A DNA stretch of 64,000 bases from Candidatus Hydrogenedentota bacterium (lineage in GTDB: Bacteria; Hydrogenedentota; Hydrogenedentia; Hydrogenedentales; SLHB01). Under the pieces are notes generated by a model that was given only the letters and a program-made list of their open reading frames with translations, did not search any database and was not told where the DNA came from. Positions within the stretch are counted from its first letter, which is position 1, and the number at the start of each line of letters is the position of its first letter. This document shows, piece by piece, positions 49,136-58,848 of the stretch. The position numbers and the translations under genes are program-made. The stretch covers positions 92,578 through 156,577 of the forward strand of contig DAOTMJ010000004.1 in the NCBI GenBank assembly GCA_035450225.1, written 5' to 3'.

Positions 49136-49226
49136 GGGGGAACCCTTTCCGCAATCTATTGTCCTCCAGCAACCCCTCCGTTGTCAACGGAACGGCCGAA
49201 TCCGAACGAATCGGATATGGCGGAAA

Positions 49227-50432
49227 TCAGCGGCGGCGCAGTAGACTGTGCCGCCGACGCGAACCGCGGGACACTTTTGGGCGTTCCGATTCCGGGGTAA
49301 ACAGCGAAATGACCGGCACGGCGCCTTCCCATTCCGCGCGCGGCAGATTCTTGCCGAGCGCCTTTTCGAGCGTTTTTAGGTCCATGAACTCTTCCGGACA
49401 CACGAAGGTAATCGCGTCGCCTTCCGCGCTGGCGCGGGCGGTGCGCCCGATGCGGTGGATGTATTCTTCCGCAGTCTTGGGGATGTCGAAATTGATTACA
49501 TGGCTGATGCCCTGGATATCGAGTCCGCGCGCGGCCACGTCGGTCGCGACAAGGATCTTGTACCGGCCTTCGCGGAACCCGTCGAGCGCATGCTGGCGCT
49601 GGTTTTGGGAACGGTCGCCATGAATCGCCTGCGCCTTGAAACCTTCCCGGTGCAGCGCCTTGGCGACGCGATCGGTGCGATGCTTGGTGCGTATGAAGAC
49701 CAGCGCCGAGGTCACGGCCGGATCCCGGAGGATTTTGGTGAGCAGGGAGATTTTCGAAGTGGCGCTGACCGTGTAGATTTGCTGGCGGACGCTGTCCACC
49801 GGCGTCATGATGGTCCCCACCTCGATGCGTTGGGGCGACTGCTGCATGTCGGCGGCCAACCGTGCGATTTCCTGCGGGAACGTCGCCGAAAAGAACAGCG
49901 TTTGGCGGTCTTTCGGGAGTTTGTCGAGGATGCGGCGGATGTCGGGCAGAAAACCCATGTCCAGCATCCGGTCGGCCTCGTCCAGCACGAGAATGGCAAG
50001 ATGGTCAAAGCGCACGTTGCCGCGCCCGAAATGATCGAGCAGGCGCCCGGGCGTGGCGACAACCACCGTGCGTCCCTGGCGCAGCGCGGTGGCCTGCTTG
50101 TCCATGCCGGCGCCGCCGTAGACGCACACGGCGTTGAGACCGGCGCTCTTGGCCAGCGGTTCGATGACCGCATGCACCTGAATGGCCAGCTCGCGCGTCG
50201 GCGCGAGGACCAGCATGGCGTTTTTCGTCCGGGGCAATCCGGCGAGACGGGTCAACGACGGCAGCGCGAACGCCAGCGTCTTGCCCGTGCCCGTCTGGGC
50301 GATGGCCAGAAGGTCTTTCCCTTCCAGCGCGACCGGTATGGCCTGTTCCTGGACGGGTGTCGGCTCGACGATACCCTGCGCCTTGAGCAGTTTCATAAAG
50401 CGCGGATCGATACTGAATTCTTCAAAAGTCAT
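49227..50432 (-). CDS. DEAD-box ATP-dependent RNA helicase
   Basis: Q motif PTPVQ, AQTGTGKT, PTRELA, DEAD, SAT, HRIGRTARA. Trimmed to MTFEEF. My hand-indexing of the start differs by 1 nt (see noticed_but_rejected). Confidence 0.9.
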   Translation of the reverse strand: MTFEEFSIDPRFMKLLKAQGIVEPTPVQEQAIPVALEGKDLLAIAQTGTGKTLAFALPSLTRLAGLPRTKNAMLVLAPTRELAIQVHAVIEPLAKSAGLNAVCVYGGAGMDKQATALRQGRTVVVATPGRLLDHFGRGNVRFDHLAILVLDEADRMLDMGFLPDIRRILDKLPKDRQTLFFSATFPQEIARLAADMQQSPQRIEVGTIMTPVDSVRQQIYTVSATSKISLLTKILRDPAVTSALVFIRTKHRTDRVAKALHREGFKAQAIHGDRSQNQRQHALDGFREGRYKILVATDVAARGLDIQGISHVINFDIPKTAEEYIHRIGRTARASAEGDAITFVCPEEFMDLKTLEKALGKNLPRAEWEGAVPVISLFTPESERPKVSRGSRRRHSLLRRR

Positions 50433-50772
50433 GGTTATTTCCCTTTCGTTTGCCGGAGACTCTCCGGTCAAGGTGGAATCTTGCCTGCTGAACACCGGCA
50501 AAGAGGGAAGCATACACGAACATAAGCGCCTTTTGGCGCGGGCGAGTGGCCATTCTTTCTGGTGTACACAGGCCGGCGGGAAAACGCTCCTTGGCGCCGC
50601 CGCGCCGCCTGAACAGCAGCCATATTGGGCGCCAGTATGCCACACCACCCGCACAAAACACAAATCTTCAAACGGCGAAAAATCCGATACCGCCTTCTTC
50701 GCGCTTGGCCCTGGATGTTTGGTATTCTTCTTCCGAATGGTCCGGTGGATTGTGCGGAGGAATCAAATAACG

Positions 50773-51810
50773 ATGGCGAAGAAAGCATCCGTCCGGCTGC
50801 CGGCGGAATGGGAACCGCAGGCGGGCGTACAGTTGACATGGCCGAACGCGGGAGGCGATTGGCGCGGACGCTTGGATTGGATTGAAGCGTCGCTCGCGGG
50901 CATCGCGCGCGAAGTCAGCCTCCGTGAAATTTGCCTGATTGCAACCGACAATGTTCAACGAACCGCCGACATCGTCCGGCGCGCCGGCGCGCGAATGGAC
51001 TCGGTGCGCCTGTATCCAATCGAGTCGAACGACATCTGGGCGCGTGACCACGGACCCATAACCGTCTTGAAAAACGGCCGTCCGGTCATTCTGGATTTTG
51101 CATTCAACGCATGGGGACTCAAGTATCCGGGAAACTTGGACAACCTGCTCACGCGGCGGCTCGCGGAAGCGGGCGCCTTCGGAAAAACGCGCGTGCGGAC
51201 GCTGCCGCTGGTCCTCGAAGGCGGATCGATCGAGTCGGACGGCGCGGGGACGTTGATGACGACAGCGGAATGCCTGCTCTGGCCCAACCGGAATCCGGCC
51301 TACAACCAGCGGCAGATTGACGCCCAACTGCGCCGGTATCTGGGCGCGGAGCGCATCCTCTGGATTCGAAACGGCCACATTCCCGGCGACGACACGAATT
51401 CGCACATAGACACGCTGGCGCGGTTCTGTTCGACGGACACGATTGCGTATTGCGGCTGCGACGATCCGACCGATGAAAGTTACCTGAGCCTCAGGGCGCT
51501 CGAGGAGGAATTGCGATCCCTTCGCACGCTCGACGGAAAACCGTACCGGCTTGAACGGCTGCCCATGCCCGCGCCAATTTTCGACGCACAAGGCGATCGC
51601 CTGCCGGCCAATTACGCCAATTTCCTGATCATCAACGGCGCGGTTCTTGTGCCGTCCTACGGAGTTCCCCAGGATGAACAGGCCCGGCAAATCCTCGCCG
51701 GTTGTTTCCCCGAGCGCGCAATCGTCGGCGTGGACAGCCGCGGGCCGGTCGTCATTTATGGCGCGTTGCATTGCGTGACGATGCAAATCCCGGAAGGAGC
51801 CCTGCCATGA
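50773..51810 (+). CDS. aguA: Agmatine deiminase
   Basis: Peptidyl-arginine/agmatine deiminase family blocks (WARD, DFAFNAWG, HIDTLARF, GALHCVTMQ, catalytic Cys). The track ORF 50182..51810 was trimmed to MAKKASV. Confidence 0.85.
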   Translation: MAKKASVRLPAEWEPQAGVQLTWPNAGGDWRGRLDWIEASLAGIAREVSLREICLIATDNVQRTADIVRRAGARMDSVRLYPIESNDIWARDHGPITVLKNGRPVILDFAFNAWGLKYPGNLDNLLTRRLAEAGAFGKTRVRTLPLVLEGGSIESDGAGTLMTTAECLLWPNRNPAYNQRQIDAQLRRYLGAERILWIRNGHIPGDDTNSHIDTLARFCSTDTIAYCGCDDPTDESYLSLRALEEELRSLRTLDGKPYRLERLPMPAPIFDAQGDRLPANYANFLIINGAVLVPSYGVPQDEQARQILAGCFPERAIVGVDSRGPVVIYGALHCVTMQIPEGALP

Positions 51811-52700
51811 GCCGGACGATCAAGGCGGGCCTTGTTCAACAGGCATGCTCCGACGACAAAGAGGCCACAATCGCCAAAACGATCGCGGGCATCCGCGAGG
51901 CGGCAGAGGGCGGAGCGGAGTTGGTCGTCCTTCAGGAACTGCACACGGGACCGTATTTCTGCCAGACGGAAGATCCGTCCCATTTCGCGCGCGCCGAGAG
52001 CATTCCCGGCCCCACGTCGGACCGGCTGGGCGGATTGGCGGGCGAACTGGGCATCGTGCTGGTTGCGTCCCTGTTTGAAAAGCGCGCGCCGGGCCTGTAT
52101 CACAACACGGCGGTCGTGCTTGATCGCGACGGAAGCATCGCCGGCCTGTATCGCAAGATGCACATTCCGGAAGATCCTGGCTTCAATGAAAAATTCTATT
52201 TTGCGCCGGGTGATTTGGGTTTCAAGCCGATCCAAACTTCCGCGGGGGTGTTGGGCGTGCTCGTGTGCTGGGACCAATGGTATCCCGAAGCGGCGCGGCT
52301 CATGGCGCTGGCCGGCGCGGAAATGTTGATATACCCCACCGCCATCGGATGGGTTCCGGAGGATTCGGACGAGGAACGCGCGCGCCAGCGCGAGGCGTGG
52401 CTGATCATACAGCGCGGGCACGCCATCGCGAACCATTTGCCCGTCGTCGCAGCCAACCGGGTCGGGTTCGAGGCGCACCCCAGCCGGCCCGGGGAAGGCA
52501 TTTTGTTCTTCGGCAGCAGTTTCATCGCCGGTCCGCAGGGCGAACTGCTCGCCTCGGCATCGCCGGATCGGGAAGAGGTGCTGACGGCCGAAATCGATCT
52601 CGACCGCACGGAGGAGGTGCGCCGCCTTTGGCCTTTCTTCCGGGACCGCCGCGTGGACGCCTACAACGGCCTGCTCGAACGGTATCTCGACTCCGGCTGA
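51807..52700 (+). CDS. aguB: N-carbamoylputrescine amidase (nitrilase superfamily)
   Basis: C-N hydrolase catalytic triad context (VLQELH…, RKMHIP, LVCWDQWYPE). The start ATG overlaps the aguA stop (ATGA), with AGGAG 8 nt upstream. Confidence 0.85.
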   Translation: MSRTIKAGLVQQACSDDKEATIAKTIAGIREAAEGGAELVVLQELHTGPYFCQTEDPSHFARAESIPGPTSDRLGGLAGELGIVLVASLFEKRAPGLYHNTAVVLDRDGSIAGLYRKMHIPEDPGFNEKFYFAPGDLGFKPIQTSAGVLGVLVCWDQWYPEAARLMALAGAEMLIYPTAIGWVPEDSDEERARQREAWLIIQRGHAIANHLPVVAANRVGFEAHPSRPGEGILFFGSSFIAGPQGELLASASPDREEVLTAEIDLDRTEEVRRLWPFFRDRRVDAYNGLLERYLDSG

Positions 52701-52783
52701 CCGATCGGCTCTCGCGTTATTTTCCCAAAGGGTATATACTGTTCATGGTGAACGGTGAACCATTTGAACAGGGAGGGCAAACC

Positions 52784-53581
52784 ATGAAGATCTGTATGGC
52801 AGGCGCATGTGGACGGATGGGGCGGCGCATCCTGGATCTGGCTGCGGCCGAACCCGACATCGAAATCGGCGGCGCTTTCGATCAGATGTCCCTGGCGGGT
52901 TCAGAGATTTTCATTGGGGCCGAGACGAGCCGGCCCCGCCGGCTTAAAATATCGGCGGACGGCGCGGCGGAAATCGCGAAGTCGGACGTGCTGATTGACT
53001 TCACGGTGGCGCATGCCTGTGTAGGCAACGCACAACTCGCGGCCAAGGCCGGCAAGCCGTGCGTCATCGGCACCACGGGACTGTCCGTCGAATACAAAGC
53101 CGAGCTTATTGAACTGGCCCGCAAGGTGGCGATCGTCTACGCGCCGAACATGAGCGTGGGCGTCAATGTGCTCTTCAAGATTGCCCGGGAAGTGGCAATG
53201 ACGCTCGGCCTCGATTACAACGTCGAAATCACGGAAATCCATCACAACCTCAAGAAGGACAGTCCCAGCGGCACGGCGCTCCGGCTCGCCGAGGGCATCG
53301 CGGACGTGCTGGGTCTCGACTGTCCGGGCGACGTGGCCCACGGCCGGCAAGGCATGGTGGGCGAACGTCCCGCGCGGCAGATCGGCATCCATGCGATTCG
53401 CGGCGGGGATGTGGTGGGCGAACACACGGTTTGTTTCATCGGCCAGGGCGAACGCGTCGAACTGACGCATCGCGCGCATAACCGCGACAATTTCGCGCGC
53501 GGCGCGTTGCGCGCGGCCCGGTTCGTCATAAGCGCGCCGCCGGGTCTGTACGACATGCAGGACGTGCTCGGCCTGAAGTGA
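52784..53581 (+). CDS. dapB: 4-hydroxy-tetrahydrodipicolinate reductase
   Basis: MKICMAGACGRMGRRI Rossmann motif, with conserved HHxxKxDxPSGTA block. GGGAGGG 6 nt upstream. Confidence 0.9.
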   Translation: MKICMAGACGRMGRRILDLAAAEPDIEIGGAFDQMSLAGSEIFIGAETSRPRRLKISADGAAEIAKSDVLIDFTVAHACVGNAQLAAKAGKPCVIGTTGLSVEYKAELIELARKVAIVYAPNMSVGVNVLFKIAREVAMTLGLDYNVEITEIHHNLKKDSPSGTALRLAEGIADVLGLDCPGDVAHGRQGMVGERPARQIGIHAIRGGDVVGEHTVCFIGQGERVELTHRAHNRDNFARGALRAARFVISAPPGLYDMQDVLGLK

Positions 53582-53584
53582 CGT

Positions 53585-54976
53585 TTACCAACGACCCGCA
53601 AGGGGATCGTCGGTTTCGCGCTGCATCGCACGAAGTCGTTCCCGCAGGCGTTTGAGCGTCCGGGCATGGCGTGCTTCGCCGGACAGATCCCTCGTCTCAA
53701 AAGGATCGCGCGCAAGGTCAAACAACTGGGTGCGCCGTTCGCCCTTGACTTGGTATTCGATCAGTTTGTAATCGCCGACACGAATCGCGCGCTGCACGTC
53801 GCGGTAGGCAAAAAAGATTGCGTCGCGGACCGGTTCGCCGCGCAAGGCCGGAAGCAGGCTCCTGCCGTCCACGCCTTTGGGAAGCGGCGCGCCAATCAGG
53901 TCGAACAGCGTCGGAAAAGTATCCGTCAGGTAGCAAAACGCATCGCATCGCATCCCGCGAGGGAAGCCGGGGCCGGCCATCAACAACGGTACATGGATGC
54001 TGTGCTCATAGGCGTTTTGCTTGCCGAAAAGACCGTGCTGCCCGACGGCGAGTCCATTGTCGCCCGCGAAGACGATCAGCGTTTCCTCCGCAAGGCCGGT
54101 TTCGTCGAGTACGGCGAGGATGCGCCCGATCTGTTCGTCGAGATGCGAAATCATCGCGTAATACTCGGCCAATTGAAACCGCGTGTTTTCGGGTGTGCGC
54201 GGCCACGGCGCGAGTTTTTCGTCGCGGGTTTCGAGATCGCCGTTGTCGAACGGATGACGCGGCAGACAATTCGGCGGCAGGGAAAGCCGCTTCGGATCGT
54301 ACAACGCGCGATACGCCTCCGGCGCCGTGCGGGGATCATGCGGCGCCGTAAACGCCACATAGAGCAGAAACGGATTGGATCCGTCGTGCGCCTGCAGAAA
54401 CCGGATGGCGTCGTCGGCGAACAGTTCGCTCGAAAACCGATCGCCGACATGCGCGGACTCCACCGGATACCGGCCGGTCGGATCGTAGGCATGCACCGGC
54501 ACGGCTCGTTGGTTGCTCATTCCACCGAAGAAAATGCTGCTGCCCGACGCAAACGCCCGGTTGAACGACCCGCGCCCGTTGTGCCATTTGCCGATGCCGT
54601 GCGTGGCATAGCCGCGTTCGTGCAGCACCCCCGGAAGCAAAGGCACGCTTTCGGGCAGCGTGTCGGGGTGTTCAATATGAAACAGATGCCGTCCCGACAT
54701 GATCATCGCGCGGCTCGGCGCGCACAGCGCGCCGTGATGCGAGCCGAAGATGTATGCATTGGTGAAGGCCACCCCCCGCCCCGCAAGCGCATCCAAATGC
54801 GGCGTGTGGATTTCCGGATTTCCCAGCGCGTGAATTGTATCGAACCGCTGGTCGTCCGAAAGCAGGTAAAGGATGTTTTTTGGTTTTTTATCCTTCGCGG
54901 CGACCGGCCATTGCGCTCCAAGCGCTGCGGCGGCCGCGCCCGCCGTCGCCGCGCCCAAAAAAGTGCGTCTGTTCAT
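53585..54976 (-). CDS. Arylsulfatase (canonical, Tat signal)
   Basis: Twin-arginine signal MNRRTFLGAATAGAAAAALGA. Catalytic CAPSRAMIMSGRH (CxPxR) with LLSDDQRFD metal site. Confidence 0.85.
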   Translation of the reverse strand: MNRRTFLGAATAGAAAAALGAQWPVAAKDKKPKNILYLLSDDQRFDTIHALGNPEIHTPHLDALAGRGVAFTNAYIFGSHHGALCAPSRAMIMSGRHLFHIEHPDTLPESVPLLPGVLHERGYATHGIGKWHNGRGSFNRAFASGSSIFFGGMSNQRAVPVHAYDPTGRYPVESAHVGDRFSSELFADDAIRFLQAHDGSNPFLLYVAFTAPHDPRTAPEAYRALYDPKRLSLPPNCLPRHPFDNGDLETRDEKLAPWPRTPENTRFQLAEYYAMISHLDEQIGRILAVLDETGLAEETLIVFAGDNGLAVGQHGLFGKQNAYEHSIHVPLLMAGPGFPRGMRCDAFCYLTDTFPTLFDLIGAPLPKGVDGRSLLPALRGEPVRDAIFFAYRDVQRAIRVGDYKLIEYQVKGERRTQLFDLARDPFETRDLSGEARHARTLKRLRERLRAMQRETDDPLAGRW

Positions 54977-55136
54977 GAAGCCCTCCTCTCGACGCCATGA
55001 TAGCGCAGAATTGAGTCGCCATCAATTGAAAAAAAAGACTTGAAACGGACAGGGGGGTGTGGAGTATATTATTGACAGGAGCGGTATGATTACCGTTGCG
55101 ATACAAAGCCGGGAGGCGTGTCATAAGGAGAGCGCC

Positions 55137-55322
55137 ATGAAACACTATCGGGTGGTAACGCGTATGCCGCGTGTGGCGACTACAACCGATACGGGTACGG
55201 ACACGGGCATCACCATCGGCGGCCTGACCGGTTCGACGCCGCTGGAAATCAAGGTAAATTTCAGTGTTATGATGGTTGACCGGGTCATCACCTACGTCTT
55301 CCAGAAAAGCAGCCAACTGTAG
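55137..55322 (+). CDS. Small Thr/Asp-rich protein, paralog A (61 aa)
   Basis: AAGGAG 6 nt upstream of the ATG. MKHYRVVTRMPRVATTTDTGTDTGITIGGLTGSTPLEIKVNFSVMMVDRVITYVFQKSSQL. Confidence 0.4.
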   Translation: MKHYRVVTRMPRVATTTDTGTDTGITIGGLTGSTPLEIKVNFSVMMVDRVITYVFQKSSQL

Positions 55323-55354
55323 TCGCGCTGGAAGCCAACGGAGGAGGTATGATA

Positions 55355-55555
55355 ATGAGGCATGTGCATGCGGTAACTAAAACACCCGCCCCGGCGACGA
55401 CCACAGACATTACCGGCGGCCTTCCGCTGCTGATCAAACTCAACGGGGTCGTTTCGATCGTGGATCAACTGCTGCTGGCCCAGCGCCAAAGTCCCTGGAA
55501 AGTCCACTTCGGGCCCGATACCGATACCGGAACCGACACGACCACCACCCTTTGA
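55355..55555 (+). CDS. Small Thr/Asp-rich protein, paralog B (66 aa)
   Basis: GGAGGAGG 6 nt upstream of the ATG. MRHVHAVTKTPAPATTTDITGGLPLLIKLNGVVSIVDQLLLAQRQSPWKVHFGPDTDTGTDTTTTL. Shares the M[KR]H…VT[RK].P..ATTTD…ITxGGL…L.IK.N motif with paralog A. Confidence 0.4.
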   Translation: MRHVHAVTKTPAPATTTDITGGLPLLIKLNGVVSIVDQLLLAQRQSPWKVHFGPDTDTGTDTTTTL

Positions 55556-55559
55556 CGGA

Positions 55560-56417
55560 TCAAATCCGGCTCTGGCCGACGGCGGCCAGCGCGATGCGGA
55601 GGTGATCGCAGTCCAAAAAGCGGTTTTCGGGTTTCTTGTCAATCATGCGCATGATGATGTCCCCCAGTTGCGGGGGACATTTTTTATTGATCCGCGATGG
55701 ATGCTCCGGGATCACGCGCAAGTGACATTGATACAAGTGCTGGAGATTGTCCACGGGAAACGGCACGCGCTCGGCAAACATGAGATAGAAGGTGATGCCC
55801 AGCGAATAGATGTCGCTTTGCGGGGTGGCTTTTCCGGCGGGCCGGGACGGCAGCGGGATCAGTTCCGGCGCCACGTACATCGGCGTGACCTGCTCGTGCA
55901 GGCCGGAATCAAACAAACTCAACAGATAACTGTTTCCGGTCAACGAATAATCCACGAGTTTCGCGATGCCCTTGCGGGTGAACAGGATATTCGTCGGCTT
56001 CAGGTCATGGTGCGTGAAGCCTTGCTCGTGCACGTACTGCAACCCGTTGCAAATCTGGGCGGCAATGACTAGGCGCTCCTGCAGGTTCCAGGGGCGATTG
56101 TCAAGGTACCACTTCAGATCCGGCCCATCCACGTATTCGAGCACCAGGCATTCGCCTTCATCGCCCTGTAGAAACTCGTAAATCTGGGCCACATTGGGGT
56201 GGGAAAACGCGCGGAATTTCGCCACGCTTCGCGCAAAATCGCGCAGGTGAAGGCGGTTTCGGAAAAAAGCGGGATAAAAAAGTTTAAGTGCGGCCACGCG
56301 GTTGTTTTCGGTGTCAATTCCGCGATAAACCTGCCCGGTGCCGCCTTTTCCCAATAGCCGGTCGAGCCGGTAATGATACAATGTCTGCCTGTCGGGAGGT
56401 CTGAATTCCTGCGTCAT
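55560..56417 (-). CDS. Serine/threonine protein kinase (kinase domain only)
   Basis: Gly loop LGKGGTGQVY, AALK, HHDLKPTN, VDYSL (DFG-like), and APE. Confidence 0.85.
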   Translation of the reverse strand: MTQEFRPPDRQTLYHYRLDRLLGKGGTGQVYRGIDTENNRVAALKLFYPAFFRNRLHLRDFARSVAKFRAFSHPNVAQIYEFLQGDEGECLVLEYVDGPDLKWYLDNRPWNLQERLVIAAQICNGLQYVHEQGFTHHDLKPTNILFTRKGIAKLVDYSLTGNSYLLSLFDSGLHEQVTPMYVAPELIPLPSRPAGKATPQSDIYSLGITFYLMFAERVPFPVDNLQHLYQCHLRVIPEHPSRINKKCPPQLGDIIMRMIDKKPENRFLDCDHLRIALAAVGQSRI

Positions 56418-56465
56418 GCCTGTCCAAATCCTTTACGGATCCTCAAAAATAACCGGCCGAACGAT

Positions 56466-56855
56466 TCAGATCAATAAATCCAGATCGATCTGAGGGGCAT
56501 CCGCCCATAATCCGTCCAAATCGTAGAATTCGCGAGCTTCCTCGCGAAAGATATGCACGATCACGTCCCCATAATCCACCACAAGCCAGCCGCCCTTAAA
56601 ACCGCCTTCGGCGTGATGCGGCAAAACGCCCGCCGCTTTCATTCCATCCCGAACCGCATTGAACACGGCCCGCAACTGCGGTTCGCTTGCCGCGCTGCAG
56701 AGCAGAAACGCATCCGCAATCACCGTCAGCCCGCGCACATCGTACGCGCGTATGTCAATCGCCTTGTGATCCGCCGCCAGTTCGCCAATTCTCTTTGCCT
56801 TGGTCAGAAATTCGGGCGGCTCCGTTACTTTTTTTTTCCGCACCAGTCGCGCCAA
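56466..56855 (-). CDS. rsfS: Ribosome silencing factor RsfS (Iojap)
   Basis: Conserved LVVDYGDVIVHIFREEAREFYDLDGLW C-terminus. Start chosen as TTG with AAGGAG 5 nt upstream. The track ORF begins at a TTG at 56927. Confidence 0.65.
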   Translation of the reverse strand: MARLVRKKKVTEPPEFLTKAKRIGELAADHKAIDIRAYDVRGLTVIADAFLLCSAASEPQLRAVFNAVRDGMKAAGVLPHHAEGGFKGGWLVVDYGDVIVHIFREEAREFYDLDGLWADAPQIDLDLLI

Positions 56856-56938
56856 ACGATTCTCCTTAGAGGTTATAAAGACGGGTTGCGTGATCGGGCC
56901 GATCCGTCGGATTCGTCGGATCCGCAATCGTCAATTCT

Positions 56939-58387
56939 TCAGCCGTTATTCAATTCACGCATCAGAATTTCGTTCACCAATTTGGGATTGGCCTTTCCCT
57001 GGGTCGCCTTCATGACTTGGCCCACCAGGAATCCCATCGCCTGTTTTTTGCCGGCCCGGTAATCCGCCACGGGACCGGGATGGGCCGCCACAACACTGTG
57101 CACGGCCTTTTCAATGGCGTCCGTATCGCTGATTTGCACTAGCCCCTTTTCCTCGACAAGCGTTTTGGGCGCCTTGCCCGTATCGAACATGGCCGGCAAG
57201 AGTTCTTTCGCGATTTTTCCGCTGATCGTTCCCTGTTCGATCAAGGCGATCATCGCGGCCAGATTCACGGCGGACACCGGGCACGCGGCGATATCCGTCT
57301 TGTTTTCGACCAGCAACGCCTGCAAATCGCCCATAATCCAATTTGCGGCCTGCTTGGCCGGCGCACCCGAACGCACCACTTCCTCGAAATAGTCCGCCAT
57401 GGACTTGTTGGCCGTCAATACGCCGGCGTCGTAGGCATTCAATCCGTACTCGGCCTGGAAACGCCCGAACCGCGCTTTCGGCAATTCCGGCATGGCGGAA
57501 CGTATCCGTTCGACAAAGGCCTCGTCAATCGCGATGGGAACCAAGTCCGGCTCCGGAAAATAGCGGTAGTCGTGCGCCGATTCCTTCGAACGCTGCGACA
57601 CGGTGATCCCGCGGTCCGCATCCCATCCGCGCGTTTCCTGGACCACCGTTCCTCCACTTTCGATTACCTCGCGCTGACGCGCCACTTCAAATTCGATGGC
57701 CTTCTGCGTGCCGCTGAACGAGGCCACGTTTTTGACTTCGGTCTTGACGCCGAATTGTGTCGCTCCGACGGGCCGGATGCTGATGTTGGCCTCAGCCCGC
57801 AGCGATCCTTCCTCCATGTTGCAGTCGCTGACGCCCAGATACTGCAGGATCTGCTTGAGCGCCGTCAGGTACGCGTAGGCTTCCTGCGCGCTGCGGATAT
57901 CCGGTTCCGACACGATTTCCAGCAGGGGCACGCCGCTCCGGTTGAAATCCACCCCGCTCTGTGCGGGGCCGCCGCCTTCGCCGCCAATCGTGTGGACATT
58001 GCGCGCCGTGTCCTCTTCGATATGGACCCGCGTAATGCCGATGCGCTTCCGGGAGCCATCCACCTCAATCTCGATGGATCCGTCGTGGCACAACGGCAAG
58101 TCGTATTGGCTGATCTGGTAATTCTTGGCGAGGTCCGGGTAGAAATAGTTCTTGCGGTCCATCTTCGACCACTTCGAGATGGTACAGTCGAGCGCCAGCC
58201 CGACCGCGACCGCGGATTCGACCACCGCACGATTCATGACCGGCAACACGCCCGGCATGCCCAGGCAGACCGGACAGACATTCGTGTTGGCCGGCGCGTT
58301 GAAATGCGTGCTGCAGCCGCAGAACACCTTTGATTTCGTGCTCAGTTCCACGTGCACTTCAAGACCGATTACCGCTTCATAAGCCAT
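56939..58387 (-). CDS. gatB: Asp-tRNA(Asn)/Glu-tRNA(Gln) amidotransferase subunit B
   Basis: MAYEAVIGLEVHVEL…FCGC…CPVCLGMPG N-terminus diagnostic of GatB. C-terminal YqeY-like domain. Confidence 0.9.
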   Translation of the reverse strand: MAYEAVIGLEVHVELSTKSKVFCGCSTHFNAPANTNVCPVCLGMPGVLPVMNRAVVESAVAVGLALDCTISKWSKMDRKNYFYPDLAKNYQISQYDLPLCHDGSIEIEVDGSRKRIGITRVHIEEDTARNVHTIGGEGGGPAQSGVDFNRSGVPLLEIVSEPDIRSAQEAYAYLTALKQILQYLGVSDCNMEEGSLRAEANISIRPVGATQFGVKTEVKNVASFSGTQKAIEFEVARQREVIESGGTVVQETRGWDADRGITVSQRSKESAHDYRYFPEPDLVPIAIDEAFVERIRSAMPELPKARFGRFQAEYGLNAYDAGVLTANKSMADYFEEVVRSGAPAKQAANWIMGDLQALLVENKTDIAACPVSAVNLAAMIALIEQGTISGKIAKELLPAMFDTGKAPKTLVEEKGLVQISDTDAIEKAVHSVVAAHPGPVADYRAGKKQAMGFLVGQVMKATQGKANPKLVNEILMRELNNG

Positions 58388-58489
58388 GAGTTCTTACCTT
58401 GAATGCAAAATGCGGGGAGGGAAACGGGCCCGATCCCGCCGCCGTTCCCTCCTCGCCACCCGGTTTGACCGCTGTCCGTAATCCTTCTT

Positions 58490-58786
58490 TCATTCCACGT
58501 CCAGAATCCGCGGCACCAGAAAATATTCGCCGTCCGTTTTCGGGGCGTTCTTCAACGCCTGCTCGCGATCGAGCGACGGACAAACCGTATCGTCTCGAAA
58601 CACGTTTGTCATCGGCATCGCGTGCATCGTCGGTTCAACGCCGGACGTGTCCAGTTCGTTCAGTTTGTCCATGTAGGACAGAATGTCGTTCATCTGTTGG
58701 ATCAGGCGATCCTTCGTGGCCTCATCCGGCGAAAGTTGCGCCAGCGCCGCCACGTGTTCGACATCGTCTCGCGTAATCTTCGGCAT
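58490..58786 (-). CDS. gatC: Asp-tRNA(Asn)/Glu-tRNA(Gln) amidotransferase subunit C
   Basis: ITRDDVEHVAALAQLSPDE…LNELDTSGVEP pattern of GatC. gatA is not adjacent. Confidence 0.85.
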   Translation of the reverse strand: MPKITRDDVEHVAALAQLSPDEATKDRLIQQMNDILSYMDKLNELDTSGVEPTMHAMPMTNVFRDDTVCPSLDREQALKNAPKTDGEYFLVPRILDVE

Positions 58787-58848
58787 TCGTTTCCGATCCT
58801 CCCCTGCTTTTTTTCACTCAGGATCGTAACATATACGAAAAAGACTTT

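Noticed and set aside
50500-50530. Apparent 1-nt frame discontinuity around 50520 when hand-translating the DEAD-box helicase N-terminus against the track protein
   Set aside because: The helicase motifs are all in one frame and the track reports a continuous ORF. I attribute the discrepancy to my own position indexing, not a real frameshift. Coordinates near the helicase start may be off by 1 nt.
50182-50772. N-terminal 197-codon extension of the aguA ORF in the track
   Set aside because: The extension is low-complexity and overlaps the helicase gene region. The conserved agmatine deiminase N-terminus begins at MAKKASVRLPAEWEP (50773).
53666-55000. 444-aa plus ORF
   Set aside because: Antisense shadow of the canonical arylsulfatase.
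54977-55136. TTGAAA … TATATT promoter-like hexamers upstream of the small-protein pair
   Set aside because: The spacer is 19-20 nt, too long for a confident sigma70 call.
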